From Planctomycetota bacterium (lineage in GTDB: Bacteria > Planctomycetota > UBA8108 > SXIK01): a stretch of 64,000 nucleotides of DNA. The first letter of the stretch is position 1; each line of letters begins with the position of its first letter. Below, piece by piece: positions 9,979 through 20,520 of the stretch. The stretch lies in assembly GCA_965223265.1 (NCBI GenBank), contig OZ244999.1, positions 416,001-480,000 on the forward strand, given 5' to 3'. Below the pieces are notes generated by a model. The model did not search any database and was not told the DNA's origin. It saw only the letters and a list, made by a program, of their open reading frames with translations. Both the position numbers and the translations under genes were made by a program.

Positions 9979-11107
9979 CGAGCTGCTCCCTATTCTCGGT
10001 CTCTACGCCGAAGGGGAGCTTCCCGACGCGTCGACCGTCGAGATCGTACGACGACACGTGCGCAGGTGTAGTCGGTGCTCCGTTCGTCTTTCACGTTGGG
10101 ATGCGTTGACTCGGCTCATGCTCGCCGAGGAGGCGGCTGGGCCGCTCGACGACGTGTTGGGTGACATGGTCGCCAGCGAGCGCCGGGTCGACGCTGTCAT
10201 GGAGCGACTCTGCGGACTCTCGGGGGTGTCGACCGCGTCGGCACCGGAGGTGTCGGTGGCTTTCCGCCAGCACCCGCCTGCGCAGGCTGAGCCTAGCTTT
10301 GCGCTGCTGGGCACCGAGGGCGACGTCTCCAGTATCGCCGCGCGAGTTGACGTCGAGTCTCAGCTCCGTCGTGCGCTCGACGAGCTCGAAAGAAATCCTG
10401 ACGATGGTGCCAGGGCTCGGGCGCGGGGCGTGCCGGTGGTTTCGCCTTGGCGTCGCCGGATCCTTTCGGTCATGGCCGCTGCTGCCGCTGCAGCTGCTTT
10501 GTTCCTTCTGCCGCTTGATGGTGGTCGGCGTTCTGCGCCGCTGAATGAGCCCGTCGGTCAGGCGGTGGTGGTGCCTGGAGGCTCACTCGCTGTTGCATCG
10601 CCGGTTGTTGATACCGGCGGCGAGCATCGCTGGATTCTGGTCGGCCCTCCACTCAACGACTCAGATCCACGGCCGCCAGCGGCTACACCGGTGAGCCGTC
10701 GCTTCTCGCCGGTCGGCCTCGCCGGCCATGAGTGGGTTGTCGAAATCTCTTTCGGCGTGACGGATCATTCGGGGCGGACGACGTTCGCGCTCGTACCGTT
10801 CGGCCACGCGACGACGTCGACTGCGCTGCAGCCGTTTCGTGCCTTGCGAGCGTTTCGGCGTACATCGACAATGGCGGTTCTGCAGGCGAGAGGAAGCCCG
10901 GGTGGCGAATCCCCGGGCTACCGCGTCGTCGTCTTCGAACGGAAACCTGTTGTCTCGGGTTATGCGCTGGATCCAGCGGCGTCGCAGCGTTCGGCTGCGG
11001 CCCCGCTCCTATTCCACGACTTCTGGCAGTCGGCGCCCAAACATCGCCGCCACGCTGCCGTGTCACCGACGCCGGTTACGTTCCCGGTCGTCGGCGACCT
11101 CCGCTAG
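9962..11107 (+). CDS. Putative zinc-binding anti-sigma factor
   Basis: Overlaps the ECF stop; N-terminal C..HVRRCSRC (HxxxCxxC); one hydrophobic helix after WRRR. Confidence 0.72.
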   Translation: MSGVCDELLPILGLYAEGELPDASTVEIVRRHVRRCSRCSVRLSRWDALTRLMLAEEAAGPLDDVLGDMVASERRVDAVMERLCGLSGVSTASAPEVSVAFRQHPPAQAEPSFALLGTEGDVSSIAARVDVESQLRRALDELERNPDDGARARARGVPVVSPWRRRILSVMAAAAAAAALFLLPLDGGRRSAPLNEPVGQAVVVPGGSLAVASPVVDTGGEHRWILVGPPLNDSDPRPPAATPVSRRFSPVGLAGHEWVVEISFGVTDHSGRTTFALVPFGHATTSTALQPFRALRAFRRTSTMAVLQARGSPGGESPGYRVVVFERKPVVSGYALDPAASQRSAAAPLLFHDFWQSAPKHRRHAAVSPTPVTFPVVGDLR

Positions 11108-11273
11108 TTGGCCACACTTTGCGCAGTCCTCCCCCGCAAGGCCTTGCAATCCGCCCGCAGTTTTTGAACAATAGGTGTTCGTCCTGGGGTCCTACAGACA
11201 GTCGATACGAACGACTCGGTCAATGAAGCCGAGATGTGCGAACTCTTGCTCTGTTTGAGAGGATCCAACGAGG

Positions 11274-13880
11274 GTGGGCGACGCGGTATCTGAAACTGAG
11301 GGGCTCAAGACGCGCATCGCGGCTGTGAGGTCTGGGGGGCGGAGGCTTCATCGCGACCAGTCGAACGCGCTCGACGTCGTCGAAGGCTACACAGCCTCCA
11401 TGGACGACGTCGTGGTCTCTGTGGCGAAGGACCACCTCGATGACGGGTGCGCCGTCGTTGCCGTCGGTGGGTACGGCCGTCGTGAACTCTGTCCCTTCTC
11501 CGATACCGATCTCCTCTTCTTGAGACCGTCCCACCGCGACACCCCGGGAATCGAGCGTCTCATCCGGCTGCTGTGGGACGCCGGACTAGAGCCTGGTCAC
11601 TCGCTGCGGACTCCTGCCGAGTGCTACGGGTCCATGCTCGATGATCCAGCCACCGCGACATGTCTTCTCGAGGCGCGGTTCGTCTGCGGCGATGCCGACC
11701 TCTATCAAACATTTACCGAAGTCGCCGTCGAGCGCTTCCGTCGCCGTCGTCGTCGCCCCTTTGTCCTGGAGCAGCTACGGGAGATCCGAGCTTCGCTGGA
11801 CGACCCGGCGCGAACGATTTACGCTGTCGAGCCGAACGTCAAGGACGGAGCCTGTGGACTCCGCGATATTCAACGTGTGCGCTGGATTGAGAACTTATGC
11901 TCCGGCGTCTCGTCGCTCGATGCGCTTTTGGTCCATGGAGATTTCTCACGAGACAGCCTTGAGGCCCTTCGCAGCGCGTACACGTTCTTGTTGCGGGTGC
12001 GCTTTGAATTGCATTTGGTGAACGGCGTCCGCGTGGACGTGCTCGAGCGTGACGTTCAGCCTTTGGTGGCGCAACATCTTGGTTATGGCGCCGACCACGA
12101 CGACGTCCGAGGCGCAGTGGAAGGTCTCATGGGAGACTACTACCGACACTCGCGCGCGGTCTTGCGGTTTCTTCGTTACTACTCGGAGACCGAAACACGT
12201 GGCCGGCGTTTCTTCAGCGGGTACGCCCGCAAGTTTCTTGCGACTCGAGTCAATCCGTACTTGGCCGAGTTCCGCGGACGGCTCTATCTGACAGCGCTGC
12301 CGCCAAAGGGCGGTTCAGCGGACGAGATCCTCGAAGTTTTTTCGCACGCCCAGAGTCGCGGCGCGCGTCTAAGCGAGGCGCTCTGCGAGACGATGCGTGG
12401 CTGGGTGGCGGCGGACCAATCGTCATGGACCCATTCGGGATCTGTCGTGCATGCCTTCGTGGCCATTTTGCGGCGCGGCGACCACGTCGGACGGCTGCTC
12501 AAAACGATGCACGAGACGCGTGTGCTTGAACGCATCATTCCGGAGTTCAAGCCTCTCGACTGCCTCGTCAGCTTCGATGGACATCATCACTTCACCGTTG
12601 ACGAGCACACATTAAAGACGCTCAGAGAGCTCGATCGCATTGCTTCCGACCATGACTATCCGTTCCCCGAGTTTAAGCGTGTGTACGACGAAATCGCGTC
12701 GCCTCTCGCGCTGCGGTTGGCCTTGCTGCTTCATGACATCGGAAAGGCTTACGAAGGCAACCACTCGGTCACCGGTGTCGAGATGGCGCTCGGCATTTGC
12801 GATCGACTAGGGTTTCGGCAGCAATTGCGTGCCGACGTTGAGTTCTTGGTCTATCAGCATCTCGAGCTGTTCAAGGTCTCTGAGCGGCGAGACGTTAACG
12901 AGCCAGGCGTGCTGGAGGGACTCGCGAATCTCGTACAGAGTGAGGAGAGGCTCAAGATGCTCTACCTCCTTACATATATAGATATCGTTTCCGTTGGTCC
13001 AGGAACCTGGACGCGCTGGAAAGGGGCACAGCTGCAAGAACTTTACGAGAAGACGCGTCTACATTTTCAGAGCGGTGACGCTTCCAACGAAACCGTTCGT
13101 GGCCTGCTCGTCGGCTCGCACCTTTCGGCGGAGGAACAGGAGCTTCTGCTCGATCACTGCACGCGTATGAACACTCCGACGTACCACATGGAAACGCCCC
13201 CGGAGCGCATGCTGGCTCACGTGCAGCGAGCTGAGGACGTCAAGAAAGATGGTCGACTGCAGGTGGCTCTCGAGAGTTACGGGGATTACCACGAAGTGTT
13301 TTTTTGCGGCGAAGATCGCGCCAATCTCTTTGTCGATCTGGCAGGCCTACTTTTCTCCGAAGGCTTTGACGTTTTGAGTGCACGCATTCACTCGCGTGAC
13401 GACGGCATCGCGATCGATCAGTTCTACGTTGAAATCGCCGACGGAGTGCGCATTTCGGCCGCGGATCGACTTGAGCGACTTCAAGCGAAGATCGACCGGC
13501 TCTCGACGCGGCGTGCGACGATGGCTGACCTGGTGCGACAGCGGGCGCGCGACTACAAGGTCTCTCTTCGCTCCAAGCCGCTCTTCGGAGCTCGCGTCGT
13601 GGTCCGAAACGATGTGTCGGAGCTCTTGAGCGTGATCGAAGTGAGTGCTGCGGATCGACCTGGCCTCCTCTTCGACCTGGCTTCGACGCTTCATCATTTG
13701 AACCTCGACGTCCGGATGGCTAAGGTGTCGACCGCGGGCGAACGCGTGCGCGACTCTTTTTACGTTGTGGAAGTGGACGGGTCGAAGATCGAGAATCCGG
13801 CCCGCCGTCAGGAGATCGAACAGTCCATGAAACAGTGTGCCCAGACTCCCCCGGAGATGCTGACGGCGCACACACCATGA
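11274..13880 (+). CDS. glnD: [protein-PII] uridylyltransferase / uridylyl-removing enzyme
   Basis: AVGGYGRRELCPFSDTDL, EPNVKDG..GLRD, HHFTVDEH, LLHDIGK, two ACT domains (DRANLF, DRPGLL); adjacent to PII. Confidence 0.93.
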   Translation: MGDAVSETEGLKTRIAAVRSGGRRLHRDQSNALDVVEGYTASMDDVVVSVAKDHLDDGCAVVAVGGYGRRELCPFSDTDLLFLRPSHRDTPGIERLIRLLWDAGLEPGHSLRTPAECYGSMLDDPATATCLLEARFVCGDADLYQTFTEVAVERFRRRRRRPFVLEQLREIRASLDDPARTIYAVEPNVKDGACGLRDIQRVRWIENLCSGVSSLDALLVHGDFSRDSLEALRSAYTFLLRVRFELHLVNGVRVDVLERDVQPLVAQHLGYGADHDDVRGAVEGLMGDYYRHSRAVLRFLRYYSETETRGRRFFSGYARKFLATRVNPYLAEFRGRLYLTALPPKGGSADEILEVFSHAQSRGARLSEALCETMRGWVAADQSSWTHSGSVVHAFVAILRRGDHVGRLLKTMHETRVLERIIPEFKPLDCLVSFDGHHHFTVDEHTLKTLRELDRIASDHDYPFPEFKRVYDEIASPLALRLALLLHDIGKAYEGNHSVTGVEMALGICDRLGFRQQLRADVEFLVYQHLELFKVSERRDVNEPGVLEGLANLVQSEERLKMLYLLTYIDIVSVGPGTWTRWKGAQLQELYEKTRLHFQSGDASNETVRGLLVGSHLSAEEQELLLDHCTRMNTPTYHMETPPERMLAHVQRAEDVKKDGRLQVALESYGDYHEVFFCGEDRANLFVDLAGLLFSEGFDVLSARIHSRDDGIAIDQFYVEIADGVRISAADRLERLQAKIDRLSTRRATMADLVRQRARDYKVSLRSKPLFGARVVVRNDVSELLSVIEVSAADRPGLLFDLASTLHHLNLDVRMAKVSTAGERVRDSFYVVEVDGSKIENPARRQEIEQSMKQCAQTPPEMLTAHTP

Positions 13881-13938
13881 TCGGTTTCGGAGGATTGCGC
13901 GTGAGCGCATCCGTAAAACGTTTCAGAGGGAGACTTCA

Positions 13939-14286
13939 ATGAAGTACATCATCGCAATCGTCCAGCCGTCTCGGTTGGAGGCTGTGAAGGAGGCACTGAG
14001 CAAGGTCGAAGTGTTTCGCTTGACGGTCAGCGACGCCCAAGGGATCGGGCGGCAGAAAGGGCACACCGAGATTTACCGCGGGCACGAGTATCAGGTCAAT
14101 TTGGTCTCGAAGGTGAAGCTTGAGATCGCCGTCAACGACGAGTTCGTCGAGCCGACGATTGAAGCGATCATCCGTGGAGGCCGGACCGGCGAAGAAGGCA
14201 AGATCGGCGACGGCAAGGTTTTTGTCTTGCCGCTCGAGGACTGTGTCCGCATCCGCACTGGTGAGCGCGGCGGCGAGGGTATATGA
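13939..14286 (+). CDS. glnK: P-II family nitrogen regulator (GlnK/GlnB)
   Basis: GRQKGHTEIYRGHEY, TGEEGKIGDGKVFV, VRIRTGE; immediately upstream of amt. Confidence 0.93.
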   Translation: MKYIIAIVQPSRLEAVKEALSKVEVFRLTVSDAQGIGRQKGHTEIYRGHEYQVNLVSKVKLEIAVNDEFVEPTIEAIIRGGRTGEEGKIGDGKVFVLPLEDCVRIRTGERGGEGI

Positions 14287-14444
14287 CACGACGCCGTAGT
14301 TCGCCGCGCCAGCGTCACGAAAAGGCGCGCGTGCGGCGGGCACGATAGCTTCCGAAGGAACTCTGACGATTCCTCTCCGTCATTGGGTCGAGCGTGGTGG
14401 GTCCCAAGTCTCGACCATACGAAAACGTGAGAGGTAGGTCATTC

Positions 14445-15773
14445 ATGCGAGGTTTGTCACGGCTGAAAGGGCCGCGGGTTGTGGGTTGCGCTCTGGTTTT
14501 GAGTCTGTTGACTCCTGCGCTTTGGGCGCAGGATGACGGCGCGATCGACCCTGCGTCGACCGCGTGGATCCTTGCTTGCTGCGCCTTGGTGCTGTTCATG
14601 ACGCCGGGCCTGGCGCTCTTCTACGCCGGCATGGTGCGCTCGAAGAACGTTCTCGGCACCATGATGCACAGTCTCTTCTGCATGGGACTGGTGTCGATTC
14701 AGTGGGTTGTGATTGGATACTCGCTGAGTTTTAGCGAGGGTAACGCGTTCATCGGTGGGTTTGATTTCGTGCTCTTGAAGGGCGTGTCCTTTACCGAGCC
14801 ACGGGAAGGCGACGTGATCCCACACATGCTCTTCATGACCTTTCAGATGATGTTCGCCATCATCACGCCGGCGCTCATCTCCGGCGGCTTTGCTGAGCGC
14901 GTCAAGTTTCGCGCTTTCGCCATCTTCACCTTGCTTTGGGCGACGCTGGTCTACGACCCGATTTGCCATTGGGTCTGGGGCGGGGGCATTCTTGCCGAGG
15001 CTGAAGGGAGCTGGCTTAAGAACTTGTGCGGTGTCGGAGCCTTGGACTTCGCCGGCGGCACCGTGGTCCACATCTCGTCCGGTGTCTCGGCGCTCGTGCT
15101 GGCCATCCTCATCGGCCGCCGCCGCGGCTACCCTGCCATGAAGATGGCACCGAACAGCCTCGGATTGACCGTACTCGGCGCTGGAATCCTCTGGTTCGGC
15201 TGGTTCGGTTTCAACGGTGGCAGCGGCCTCGCCGCCGACGGCACCGCCGTCCTGGCGTTCACCGTCACACACATCTGCGCCGCTTCGGCTGCTGTCGCCT
15301 GGGCGATCATCGAGCGCTTCCATCACGGCAAGGCGACGGTCCTCGGCGTCGCCACTGGGCTCGTCGCCGGGCTTGTTTGCATCACGCCCGCGGCGGGTTC
15401 CGTCGGGCCCGGAAGCGCGCTGATCATGGGCGTGATCGTCTCAGCCGTCTGTTACCTCTTCGTCACGGTCCTCAAGGTCCGGCTCGGCTACGACGACTCA
15501 CTCGACGCCTTCGGTGTGCACGGCGTCGGCGGAACGGTTGGTGCGATTCTGACCGGCATATTTTTCATGCGTGATGAGACCACGTCGATCGGCCCGCAGC
15601 TCAGGGCGCAGATCGTCGCGACGCTGGTCACTGCGGTCTACGCCGCGGGCGTCACGTTCATCCTGTTCTTCGTTGTTGAGAATGTCTGTGGCGGATTCCG
15701 CTTGAGCGAGGAGGACGAAGGCACAGGTCTTGACCTCTCGCAGCACGGCGAAGTCGGCTACGACCTTCGTTAA
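14445..15773 (+). CDS. amt: Ammonium transporter
   Basis: MTPGLALFYAG, DFAGGTVVH, LWFGWFGFNGGS, DDSLDAFGVHG; start taken at ATG 14445. Confidence 0.95.
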   Translation: MRGLSRLKGPRVVGCALVLSLLTPALWAQDDGAIDPASTAWILACCALVLFMTPGLALFYAGMVRSKNVLGTMMHSLFCMGLVSIQWVVIGYSLSFSEGNAFIGGFDFVLLKGVSFTEPREGDVIPHMLFMTFQMMFAIITPALISGGFAERVKFRAFAIFTLLWATLVYDPICHWVWGGGILAEAEGSWLKNLCGVGALDFAGGTVVHISSGVSALVLAILIGRRRGYPAMKMAPNSLGLTVLGAGILWFGWFGFNGGSGLAADGTAVLAFTVTHICAASAAVAWAIIERFHHGKATVLGVATGLVAGLVCITPAAGSVGPGSALIMGVIVSAVCYLFVTVLKVRLGYDDSLDAFGVHGVGGTVGAILTGIFFMRDETTSIGPQLRAQIVATLVTAVYAAGVTFILFFVVENVCGGFRLSEEDEGTGLDLSQHGEVGYDLR

Positions 15774-15782
15774 ATCTCTCAA

Positions 15783-15867
15783 CGCGCTGCGGCGTGAAAG
15801 AGGAGGCTTGCTGGCTTTGGCGGTGCGGCTGAAGCATAGCCGGCTCTTCCGTTCACGCCGCAGCGCG
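15783..15867. terminator. Long hairpin between convergent amt and ftsH
   Basis: Perfect 16-bp inverted repeat CGCGCTGCGGCGTGAA (15783-15798) / TTCACGCCGCAGCGCG (15852-15867) with further inner pairing; terminator function is inferred. Confidence 0.5.
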
Positions 15868-15899
15868 CGTTCGTGTTTCCCCACTCCGCGCGGGCGCGG

Positions 15900-17954
15900 T
15901 TATTTTTTCGCCGCGGTTTTCCGCGCGCAGAGCTCTTCCTTGAGCATCTCGTCGAGCTCGCTGCCTTGAATCACTTCGCGCTCCAGCAAGCGCTGCGTGA
16001 TGTTTTCGAGGCAATCGCGTCGTTCGGCCAAAATCGTCTTCGCAGCTTCGTTGGCGTTCTCGATGATGGCTCGCACTTCGTGGTCGATTTCCTTGGCGCT
16101 CGTTTCGCTGTAGTTACGTTCCTCTTGCTGAATATCGCGACCTAGGAACACTGGCTGGTGGTCGACACCGAACGTCACCGGGCCGAGCTTCTCGCTCATG
16201 CCGAAGCGGCAAATCATGCTGCGAGCGAGCTGCGTGGCTCTCTTGAGGTCGTCCGCAGCTCCCGTTGACAGCTCCGAGAAAATCAGCTCTTCTGCGGCGC
16301 GGCCGGCGAGGAGTCCCTTGAGGCGATCGACGAGTGCGCTTCGGGTGATCAGGTACCGATCGTCCGTCGGGGACTGCATTGTATAGCCCAGCGCAGCGTG
16401 TCCGCGTGGAACGATGGAGATCTTCCTTACTGGGTCGGCGTGCTCGGAGAGTGCCGCAACGAGCGCGTGTCCGGCTTCGTGATAGGCGACGCGGCGGCGC
16501 TCCTCCTCGCTGAGGCGTCGGCTCTTGCGTTCTGGACCAGCGATCGCGCGTTCGACCGCTTCGTCGAGTTCTGGTTTACCAACCGTGTCAAGATTGCGAC
16601 GCGCTGCGAGCAGCGCCGCCTCGTTGAGTACGTTGGCGAGGTCGGCGCCTGTGAACCCTGGGGTGTTCGCCGCCAGAATCTCGAAGTCGATGTCGTCGGC
16701 GAAAGGTTTGTTCTTGGCGTGGACTTCCAAAATCGCACGCCGTCCCTTCGCGTCCGGCGCATCGATGACGACCTGGCGATCGAATCGTCCGGGGCGCAAC
16801 AGCGCCGGATCGAGCACATCGGGTCGGTTCGTCGCAGCGAGCAAAATCACCCCTTTGGTCGTGTCGAATCCGTCCATCTCAACGAGCAGTTGATTCAGTG
16901 TCTGCTCCCGCTCGTCGTGGCCGCCGCCGAGACCGGCGCCGCGCTGGCGGCCGACGGCGTCCAGTTCATCGATGAAGATGATTGACGGTGCCCGCTTCTT
17001 CCCTTGCTCGAAGAGATCGCGCACTCGAGCCGCACCGACTCCGACAAACATCTCGACGAAGTCAGAACCACTGAGCGAAAAGAATGGCGTCTTCGCTTCA
17101 CCTGCGACGGCTCTGGCGAGCAGGGTCTTGCCGGTGCCCGGTGGACCGACGAGCAGCACACCCTTCGGAATCCTCGCGCCGAGCTCTTGGTATTTCTTCG
17201 GATTCTTGAGGAAGTCGACGACTTCGTTGAGCTCTTCCTTGGCCTCGTCGCAGCCCGCGACGTCATCGAACGTCACGCTCTTGACTCTTTCCGCATAGAG
17301 TTTGGCGCGGCTCTTGCCGAATGAAAGCGCCGCTTTTCCCATCTGGCCAGACTGGCGCATGATGAAAAACCAGAACAAGACCAGCAGAAGGAGCGGCATC
17401 ACCCAAATCAGCATCAAGGACGTGAAGTTGCTCGGCGGCCGGTTTTGATACTTCGTGCCATGTTCCTTGTGGACGCGGCGCAGAATTTCCTGCAGCTCCT
17501 TGTCGTCACGTGCTGCGACGACGCGAAATTTGAAGCGGCCAGGTTTCGTCGGCAGACGACCACCAACCCTCAGAGCCACCGGGGACGACGCTTCTGCCCC
17601 CGAGTCAGACTCGGGGGTGACGTCAGAGGAGTCTTCGGGCGTGGTTTCATCCGTTGCGCCGTCGGATGTCGGAATGTTCGCCACACCGAGGTGTTCTTCT
17701 TCGCCGAGGACGAGCTCTTCAACATAGCCTCTTTCCAGCAGCTCGATCATCTCGTCGTAGCTTGCCACGATCGCACCGCCGCCTCGGACAGCTTCGACTA
17801 TGGCGAGGATGAGAAACAGTCCGATGAGGACGTACAGCAGTCCTAAGCGTGGCCGGCGCCCGCTGGCTTCATCACTGGGCCGGTCCGTGGATCCATGCGA
17901 TCCGCCGGATCGATCCGAAGAATCGTCTTGGGGATTTGGGGTTGAATCACTCAA
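15900..17954 (-). CDS. ftsH: ATP-dependent zinc metalloprotease FtsH
   Basis: Two TM helices, [31 protein letters not shown]; ORF extends to 18134, true start uncertain (TTG 17954 chosen). Confidence 0.95.
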   Translation of the reverse strand: MSDSTPNPQDDSSDRSGGSHGSTDRPSDEASGRRPRLGLLYVLIGLFLILAIVEAVRGGGAIVASYDEMIELLERGYVEELVLGEEEHLGVANIPTSDGATDETTPEDSSDVTPESDSGAEASSPVALRVGGRLPTKPGRFKFRVVAARDDKELQEILRRVHKEHGTKYQNRPPSNFTSLMLIWVMPLLLLVLFWFFIMRQSGQMGKAALSFGKSRAKLYAERVKSVTFDDVAGCDEAKEELNEVVDFLKNPKKYQELGARIPKGVLLVGPPGTGKTLLARAVAGEAKTPFFSLSGSDFVEMFVGVGAARVRDLFEQGKKRAPSIIFIDELDAVGRQRGAGLGGGHDEREQTLNQLLVEMDGFDTTKGVILLAATNRPDVLDPALLRPGRFDRQVVIDAPDAKGRRAILEVHAKNKPFADDIDFEILAANTPGFTGADLANVLNEAALLAARRNLDTVGKPELDEAVERAIAGPERKSRRLSEEERRRVAYHEAGHALVAALSEHADPVRKISIVPRGHAALGYTMQSPTDDRYLITRSALVDRLKGLLAGRAAEELIFSELSTGAADDLKRATQLARSMICRFGMSEKLGPVTFGVDHQPVFLGRDIQQEERNYSETSAKEIDHEVRAIIENANEAAKTILAERRDCLENITQRLLEREVIQGSELDEMLKEELCARKTAAKK

Positions 17955-18153
17955 GGGATGATTGTGACCGATACTGCTGGGTGCGGAACGAGGCGAACGT
18001 AAGTGGGCTGCCAGTTGGCGCTGCTCGGCGTCGTCCCCGCCTCGACGGCTGCGGCCGTTTCGGGCGACGACTCGCGGGATACGGCGGCGTGGAAATCGGG
18101 CCTTGTCACGCCGCGCTCGTCGGAACCTCTCCAACCTCCACGAAACTCGCGGG

Positions 18154-18200
18154 CACGATGACTTACGATGACTTACGTGGACTTACGATGACTTACGTGG
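18154..18200. repeat. 10-bp tandem repeat ACTTACG(AT/TG)G, four full units plus a partial
   Basis: cacgatg acttacgatg acttacgtgg acttacgatg acttacgtgg in the ftsH/lipB divergent region. Confidence 0.9.
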
Positions 18201-18221
18201 AACTCTACGTTTCCAATCATG

Positions 18222-18250
18222 TTTTCAATCACACTGCCCTTTGATATCAT
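18222..18250 (+). promoter_or_regulatory. Putative sigma70 promoter of lipB
   Basis: TTTTCA-17 bp-TATCAT with a TGn extension; ATG 8 bp downstream. Confidence 0.4.
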
Positions 18251-18258
18251 ACCTTCCG

Positions 18259-18984
18259 ATGTCGAGAAGCGCGACTGACTCAATCCGCACCCCTATACCT
18301 TATCGGCATGCATACGAGCTGCAGCAGCAGCTCGTTGAGCGCAGGTCGCACGGCGACGTGGGCGACGTGCTGTGGCTGCTCGAGCACCCACCGACCGTTA
18401 CGCTTGGCTGTCGTGGCGGCGAATCGAACCTGCTCCTGCCGCTGGGCGAATACGACGCCAGGGGCATCGCAGTGTGCGAGACCGATCGCGGCGGCGATGT
18501 GACCTACCATGAACCGGGGCAGATGGTTGGCTACCCCATCGTCCAGCTCCGCGACGGCGAGGAGCGTGACCTGCATCGTTATCTCTCTCAAGTCGAGACC
18601 GCGATCATGGATGCTCTGCGTCAGCTGGGCCTCGAATCGCTGCGCGTGCGAGGACGCACGGGCGTTTGGTTGGCCGAGCCGGCACGCAAGCTTGTCGCCA
18701 TCGGTGTGCGAGCTAAACGCTGGGTGACCTCCCACGGCTTTGCAATGAACGTCGATAATGCACTCAGTGGTTTTCAGACGATCGTTCCGTGCGGGATCAA
18801 GAACGCGAGCGTCACCAATCTCGCACGGGAGCTACGAGACGGTGGGCTCCCGACATGGCAGGAGTTGTGTTCCCTCGTTCACGTCAGTTTCGAGAACGTC
18901 CTTGATCGTCCGCTGCGGCTCTTACTCGGTCGCAACGCTTTCGACCTGTGTTCGACAGCCGACGCGGGTGGTGGAGCCGGCTAA
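18259..18984 (+). CDS. lipB: Lipoyl(octanoyl) transferase LipB
   Basis: LLEHPPTVTLG, TDRGGDVTYH, GYPI, RKLVAIGV, HGFAMNV, IVPCGI. Confidence 0.93.
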   Translation: MSRSATDSIRTPIPYRHAYELQQQLVERRSHGDVGDVLWLLEHPPTVTLGCRGGESNLLLPLGEYDARGIAVCETDRGGDVTYHEPGQMVGYPIVQLRDGEERDLHRYLSQVETAIMDALRQLGLESLRVRGRTGVWLAEPARKLVAIGVRAKRWVTSHGFAMNVDNALSGFQTIVPCGIKNASVTNLARELRDGGLPTWQELCSLVHVSFENVLDRPLRLLLGRNAFDLCSTADAGGGAG

Positions 18985-20345
18985 CTGTCGAGCTGCGCTG
19001 GATTCTCGAGCAGGTGACGGAGTCGCTGGAGAAATCGCGCCGCCAGAATGCCGTCGATAGCACGATGGTCGCAGGAGACGGTGACGCTCATGCGAGCCCG
19101 TGGAACACAGCCGCCGTTCAGAGGGACGAGTTCGGCGCGTGCCGTGCCCACGGCTAAAATGGCCCCCTCCGGCGGATTGATGATCGCGCTGAACGATTCG
19201 ACTCCGAACATGCCAAGGTTCGAAATCGTGAACGTTCCTTTGCCGCTACCGATGAGCTTGCCGTCGCGCGCTGAGCTGATCACTTCGCGTGTTGCGTCGA
19301 TCAACTCGAACCACCCAATACTCGCCGCGCCGCAGACGACGGGCACGACGAGTCCCGCATCCGTGCCTACCGCGATACCGATGTTGACCTCGCCAGGGTA
19401 CTCGATGTGATCAGGGAAGACGCGGCAGTTCATGCCTGGTTCGTCGCGCAGTGCGCAGGCACACGCGCGCACGACGACGTCGTTGAGTGACATCTTGATG
19501 CCCCGCGCTTCAAAGTCTGAAATCGCCGTCAGAGCATCCGTGACGTCCGCGGTGATCGTCTCGTAGAAGTGGGGAATGGTCTGTTTCGAGTGTTCGAGCG
19601 CCTTGGCTATGGCTCGCCGCATGCCCTCCACGGCGACGCGCGCGGGAAGCGGCGGCGAAGGTGGCGGGTACGAGACGACGCGCTGGAGCGCGCTCCAATC
19701 GATTCCGCCGGTGCCGCCGACGCCTGCAGGGCGTGTCGGGGCGTTTTCAACGTCGCGGCGGAGGATGCGCCCTCCGGGGCCGGTGCCGTGCAAGCCGGCG
19801 AGGTCGACGTGACGTTCTCGAGCCACGCGCCGTGCAAGGGGTGAAGCCGCGACTCCGCGGCGGCCGGGAACCGGAGCGGCGCGCGGCGCCGGCGACGCTG
19901 ACGAAGAGCCGCCGTTACGAGCACCGCGCGGGCTGACAGCCGCACTCGAGGGGACGGCCTCGCCGCGCGGCGCGCGCTGCGTCGCGGACGGACTCGGCCG
20001 CGAAGCGGCGCTCGGGGGTGGCGGGTCAGACCTTTCTGTGGGCGGCGCGGCTTCCGCCGCTGCCTGCGCAGCACTTGACTTCAGCGCCTCGATGTCGACC
20101 TCTTCGTCGGGTTCGCCGATGACACCGATCACCGTGAGCACGGGGCACATATCGCCTTCCGCAGCGAGGGTTTTCAGCAGAGTCCCCGACGCGAGCGCCT
20201 CGACTTCCAGATTCGCTTTGTCGGTTTCGATTTCGACGAGAGGATCACCACGCTCGACACGGTCGCCTTCGCTCACCAGCCAAGAAACAACGCGGCCCTC
20301 CTCCATGCTTTGTCCCGCCTTAGGCATAAGGATCGGGTGTGCCAT
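18981..20345 (-). CDS. 2-oxoacid dehydrogenase E2 (dihydrolipoamide acyltransferase)
   Basis: Lipoyl domain ETDKA, E3-binding ASPLARR..GTGPGGRI, catalytic TFTISNLG and DHRAIDG. Confidence 0.92.
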   Translation of the reverse strand: MAHPILMPKAGQSMEEGRVVSWLVSEGDRVERGDPLVEIETDKANLEVEALASGTLLKTLAAEGDMCPVLTVIGVIGEPDEEVDIEALKSSAAQAAAEAAPPTERSDPPPPSAASRPSPSATQRAPRGEAVPSSAAVSPRGARNGGSSSASPAPRAAPVPGRRGVAASPLARRVARERHVDLAGLHGTGPGGRILRRDVENAPTRPAGVGGTGGIDWSALQRVVSYPPPSPPLPARVAVEGMRRAIAKALEHSKQTIPHFYETITADVTDALTAISDFEARGIKMSLNDVVVRACACALRDEPGMNCRVFPDHIEYPGEVNIGIAVGTDAGLVVPVVCGAASIGWFELIDATREVISSARDGKLIGSGKGTFTISNLGMFGVESFSAIINPPEGAILAVGTARAELVPLNGGCVPRARMSVTVSCDHRAIDGILAARFLQRLRHLLENPAQLDS

Positions 20346-20520
20346 TCGCTAGGTCCTCTCCCGTGTCGTCGTCAGTTGCCGCCGCAGCCGGCTCTTGGCT
20401 TCAATACATTCCACTCCTACCGCCGACGTTCCACCGACTGCCAAGACGCCACTGCCACACCACAGACGATAGTGAAGCGGCACCGGATTGCCTACGAAAA
20501 TCGCCCCCGGCGACGATCTC

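Noticed and set aside
11144-11172. TTGCAA-17-AACAAT as the glnD promoter
   Set aside because: The -10 lacks the first conserved T; too weak to call
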